In this document: positions 62,501 through 64,000 of the stretch, in pieces
Layout of the letters: each line of letters begins with the position of its first letter
Position numbering within the stretch: the first letter of the stretch is position 1
IMG/VR virus record: IMGVR_UViG_3300031920_000341
Location: 80,267 to 144,266 of that record
Origin: a virus
Taxonomy: Duplodnaviria; Heunggongvirae; Uroviricota; Caudoviricetes
Length of the DNA stretch: 64,000 nt
Strand: one strand, 5' to 3'
Position numbers and translations under genes: made by a program
The notes under the pieces: generated by a model
Databases searched by the model: none
Seen by the model: the letters and a program-made list of their open reading frames with translations, nothing else
Told to the model about the DNA's origin: nothing

Positions 62501-64000
62501 AAGTGACGTTACAGTAAATAGTATCAGTGATATAGATTTTATAATGTCGGGCGGAATAGCAAATATAGAAGGAATTGATTTCAGTCATACACATCCAATA
62601 AGTGAAATTGTTAGTTTACAAACTGAGCTTGATGATAAAGTAAACATAGGAACCACTCCTGCTTTTAATTATATTGGCGTATGGGAGAATACTACTGATA
62701 TGATGGGATATTCCACTTTCATATACGATGGTACCGATATGACAGTAACAGCTGGTAGTATTATAACCGATACATCATTTATAATTGATGCACTTCAATT
62801 ATTAACAATAGAAGCAACTACACATGGAGCTAGCGATATTATTCAAATGTCAGATGCAGGATCACGTGATTTTATTGGTATGAATTCAAATCAAGGTGTT
62901 TGGATTGGATCTCCTATAGTAGGCGAACTTCCAGGTTTCGGTGATTTAACTATATATGGACAAAGCGCCAATGATACATTTTTATCTATTACATCAGAAG
63001 ATGGCAATAAACAATATATTGATTTTTATGATTATACTGGATCATCATTTTCTTTTGGTAATAATACAACAAGCAATAAAATGGAACTTTGGACTGATGT
63101 TAGTTTAGGTGGCGGTAGTATATTATTAGCAATTGATGCTGCAGGACTTACATTATTTGATACATATACTTTACCGATAGCCGATGGTTCTGCAGATTAT
63201 ATATTAGCGACAGATGGCGCAGGTACAGTATCATGGCAATCACTATCGGCAGTCGGTAGCGTAATAGGTTCTGGCGTAGCTGGACAAGTTGCATATTGGG
63301 ATGCGACAGATTCCATTACTGGTGATTCTAGTTTTACTTGGGATGGTACTGATTTTATAATAACAACAGGTAGAGCAAGAGCAAATAATATTATAGCATA
63401 TGGTTCTTCTGTAGGTTGGCCATCAGGAATAGGTTTTTATACTGCAACCTATATGTATGGTGATATTGGTAGATTATTTGTTTATAATGGTTCTACTTAT
63501 GGTGATTTAGCAATAGGCGATTATAATAGTGGCAATCCAAATATTATGCTTAAAGTTGGTGGTGATGTTGGTATAAACAAAGGTTTACCTTTATATAAAT
63601 TAGATGTTGATGGAACAATAGCTGGAACAGGATTTGGTTTAACTAATATTACAACAGTTTTAGTTGATGAAATAGTAGATTCAATTACAGGAAGTCCGGT
63701 TGGCATTGGTGATTGGAGTACAGACGATCAATTGGCAACATCTAAATCTATAGTAGAATATGTTGATTCTATAGTATCCGGTATAATAATTGCACCAGCA
63801 GCACCTACTACATTGGTTTTAACTGAAGTTACATCTACTATTGATGTACAATTTGTTGCAGATATAAATAATGATGCATATGAAATATGGTCAAGTCAAA
63901 CTTCTTCATCAGCTGGATTTAAAAAAGTTGCTGATATAAAAAAAGATGATATAACAGCAACTTTAAATATAACAGATGATACATATACAAGAAAAAGTCA
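53571..64000 (+). CDS. Giant repeat-rich tail fibre/adhesin-like protein, >3,470 aa, runs off right edge
   Basis: ATG GCG TTA ACT at 53571. The frame is still open at the window end (TLNITDDTYTRKS), and no stop-terminated ORF is listed in this frame. Confidence 0.85.
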   Translation, partial: MALTTDQKSSLLFKKWLGKGETNTLRQFFEEPYSGRSVVLQNQIWTDSELIPVPAPTLLDGQDDGIVKYYVDLTLTAVPGTANSFQSDSLIDSISFNYGDGSYNYAIKDHIGSSIPFGQGDWIVDTEAGTLTFYGDSGAPDYPDLSGAPTVTFYQYIGRKGGGSGESLWYRGGVGSPTQATILSNSGDTVVIGDIIGSPLPIDYALALQITGDTQIIGNLTLEYGTNVNEIVDSVTGSPVGIGSWSTDDQLATAAATYDFIYDLGLILTDTYVAVGTGTGIEGDVNFTWDGSILDVGGEIHFGTYGILINDSRGLLLGTSSSLGTNVVISTTGAYSHGIPTDIQGNYNVYVGNDGLSSAATGDNNVMIGHWAGYNFTTASYSIGIGYSALEHSETGTNNIGIGSNTLDGNNGSNNLGMLNRGGYGSHGDDNIYIGYYSGFGVTGDSNIGFGRLSLYNATGSDNIAIGDTALRDITGSKNIAIGYNVGNYYNNGASVSNRLLIDNEYKANDEYFIEGDMASNWLRLRSTVTIYTGLVLPFSPTLGFVLTSDASGIATWQDPNLLIDTHNHYLSELLDVTITGSPIGTGDILKWSGTAWENVADETGDNYYLSAVDAIDISAVDFTITGGADILNVDFSHTIESHTDVTITGSPIGTGDILKWSGVAWENVADETGDNYYVETVSFNTLDGILTFERTSPLIDLTVNLDGRYEEEFVKGDILPGDSNQLTVTGGTGVLYINDTTLTIVHGIIASASTDLVLSGDIFDAFSGKVDIGLNPADNSIAVWSDGTTIEGDTNFTWDGTLLDISGAIQLSIGTSVNEIIDSVTGSPVGTGSSVGIGSWSTDNQLATAAAIYEFVNDAIGSLPSDIYVTGASFNTTDGIITLTRSAGESDLTFDLDGRYSLDTHNHYLSELLDVTITGSPIPTGDILKYNGTAWENVADETGLNYYLSDVTINSINDVDFIMSGGALNIEGIDFSHTIESHTDVIITGSPGILLNDILKWTGSSWENVEEYSYTHPIESGDDINLDTTTSQVIDTLIVTTNTLGHVTAASVTTRVLTPGDIGAEVAFTKGNLTSGTAQLTLLPGTGTGVLVDTSVELSIAIGTIADTSLVLVTSGDIYTALIGKVDIGTTPVTNYIGVWEDPTTMLGDINFTWDGSILDVNGTLHIGKIVATANNDVIIEGSSALGTGNEPNVIIHGLKLYTPGDVDAIYAAGARGNVFVGIDMAKSTLVGDFNVGVGLSAGHSITTGNNNAYFGYQAGIINATGDENSSFGSDAGVRNLGNYNVDFGAFAGNSFLMSGITTNSANTNIGYKAGYQYENATPPTTLYENTYIGYGAGEWNQGGQKNVFMGVYAGYAAEYTEQSIFIGNSVGLGWSGGNNYLLIDNDTVPSGDYFIKGNMDTNELTINGSFKLNTSTSVNDIVESIAGSPNGIGLWSTDDQLATAAAIYELVNNAIGTLPSDIYVTTGSFNTSDGIITLTRTAGQSDITIDIDDRYSLDTHNHTLDSLSNVTVTSIQINDILKWSGTTWENVADETGLNYYLSGITVNSISDVDFTMTGIADITGIDFGHDLETHDNVTIISLTTDDILKWSGTAWENVAEYSYTHPTESGDDIDLDTVTNQVIDTLIVTTNTLGHVTAASVTTRVLTPGDIGAEIAFTKYDLSSATTSQLTLTNGTSAIIGADVALSIVHGAIALGSTDLVLSGDIYDAINVLSGDNFYLSAVDASDISAVDFTITDGTDVLNVNFSHTLDSHTDVIITGSPIGTGDILKWSGTAWENVSDETGDNYYLSDVTVNSISDVDFIMSGGIGNIEGIDFGHDLETHDNVTITSLTIDDILKWNGAAWENVAEYTHPTESGDDINLETTTNQVIHRLAITTNTLGHVTAALTTTRVLTPGDIGAEIAFTKYDLSSATTNQLTLTNGKGAIIGSDVALSIVHGIIASGSTDLVLSGDIYDAISGLSGDNFYLSAVDATDISAVDFTITGGTDVLNVNFGHTLDSHTDVTITGSPIGTGDILKWSGITWENVADETGLNYYVENISFNTLDGILTLERTSPLGDLTVDLDGRYEEEFTKGNLTSGTAQLTLTAGTGTGVLVDTSVELSIAIGAIASASTDLVTSGDIYDAIQQTALGYVDYTGTPVNNQVAVFTDEDTIEGDGDFLWNGVGVTISSDTNGPAFLLNLHNANTGTQATTEIRFNVASSSSYAGIIGTAAPAHSTYSTEFFFVNKQTGGSFTWYNYLGTQLASITSGGTATFTGELFVTDGTGDTFFEMIPGNSFVIDSNTNRIIEIVLDAVGYESIDFNTNAGHFNIDTNSFIVAPGGFPIIETTGLASSGNTYIQLGDIDAEAWATILTIDDANLKVNITNSLQLNTSQLVNDIINSTTGLSAASLDTDLVTAKAVWDAISGLSGDNFYLSAVDATDISAVDFTITGGTDILNVDFSHTIESHTDVTITGSPIGTGDILKWSGTAWENVADETGDNYYVDNISFNTLDGILTLERISLGDLTVDLDGRYEEEFTKGDILPGDSNQLTVTGGTGVLYINDTTLTIVHGAIASASTDLVLSGDIFDAFSGKVDIGLNPADNSIAIWSDGTTIEGDTNFTWNGTLLNISGAMQLSIGTSVNEIVDSVTGSPAGIGVWSTDDQLVTAKAIYELNAISDTYVVVGTGTGIEGDPNFTWDGTTLEVVGNLYITEDTYIGYMDVYLDPSDDPYVDIYVANELEENTSSIYMSINTVEIFTTALTGSGAISTDAITTTVENSNSVDIRANNINFTNNTSSAFTGDVIDTYFRARRIQGQNVNYARIQGYVESPVNDAQYGSIRFGVSVNGTLLDDNIVDMLKLDEDGMTLQLGTSVNEIVNSVTGSPNGIGSWSTDDQLVTSKAIYEFVNDAIGTLPSDIYVTGASFNTTDGIITLTRSAGESDIIVDIDNRYSLDTHNHTLDSLSNVTVTSIQPNDILKYNGSAWENVADETGLNYYLSDVTVNSISDIDFIMSGGIANIEGIDFSHTHPISEIVSLQTELDDKVNIGTTPAFNYIGVWENTTDMMGYSTFIYDGTDMTVTAGSIITDTSFIIDALQLLTIEATTHGASDIIQMSDAGSRDFIGMNSNQGVWIGSPIVGELPGFGDLTIYGQSANDTFLSITSEDGNKQYIDFYDYTGSSFSFGNNTTSNKMELWTDVSLGGGSILLAIDAAGLTLFDTYTLPIADGSADYILATDGAGTVSWQSLSAVGSVIGSGVAGQVAYWDATDSITGDSSFTWDGTDFIITTGRARANNIIAYGSSVGWPSGIGFYTATYMYGDIGRLFVYNGSTYGDLAIGDYNSGNPNIMLKVGGDVGINKGLPLYKLDVDGTIAGTGFGLTNITTVLVDEIVDSITGSPVGIGDWSTDDQLATSKSIVEYVDSIVSGIIIAPAAPTTLVLTEVTSTIDVQFVADINNDAYEIWSSQTSSSAGFKKVADIKKDDITATLNITDDTYTRKS
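54235..63740 (+). repeat. Interspersed coding repeat modules in the giant fibre
   Basis: 11 copies of DILK(W/Y)xGxxWENV; 7 copies of N(E/D)I(V/I)xS...(S)TDxQLxT; 3 copies of THPxESGDDI...TLGHVTAA; a block of about 620 bp at 55385-56000 repeated at about 60800-61415. Confidence 0.85.

Noticed and set aside
54808-63706. Short track ORFs inside the giant fibre gene and other antisense ORFs over large genes
   Set aside because: Shadow frames of long coding sequences with low-complexity, non-protein-like translations.
1-64000. Stop-codon recoding (as in some large phages)
   Set aside because: Long ORFs tile the window under the standard code, and TAG is used as a stop (e.g. 3584).
53571-64000. 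CRISPR array or diversity-generating retroelement in the repeat region
   Set aside because: Repeats are in-frame protein modules with synonymous variation, with no fixed-length spacers, no adenine-specific TR/VR pattern noticed and no reverse transcriptase in the window.

Overview
A 64-kb, very AT-rich segment of a large T4-like (myovirus-type) jumbo/mega phage genome, standard genetic code. A-rich, SD-less initiation regions and a Bacteroidota-type 3'-5' exonuclease suggest a Bacteroidota host (inference). The left third (1-21.2 kb) is mostly on the minus strand. It holds an intein-interrupted class II ribonucleotide reductase, a ribosomal protein S1 homologue, a cassette of large putative virion/appendage proteins, YqeY, and four tRNA genes (Ser-UGA, Ser-GCU, Trp-CCA, His-GUG) with cargo ORFs between them. 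After a divergent intergenic region (21.2-21.5 kb) come a RuvC-like resolvase, a gp55-like late sigma factor and a long baseplate/neck/tail morphogenesis block that also contains a multi-PAS protein. The window ends in a >3,470-codon repeat-rich fibre gene that runs off the right edge. The standout observation is an unannotated 25-codon leader peptide (MRKILYIHSWSSSSSHIFATRPSNA) with mutually exclusive antiterminator/terminator pairing directly in front of the tRNA cluster. Its nine-codon control run uses only His, Ser and Trp, the amino acids of the downstream tRNAs, so it is a candidate ribosome-mediated attenuator of phage tRNA genes. All protein assignments come from motif recognition by eye; no searches or folding programs were run.
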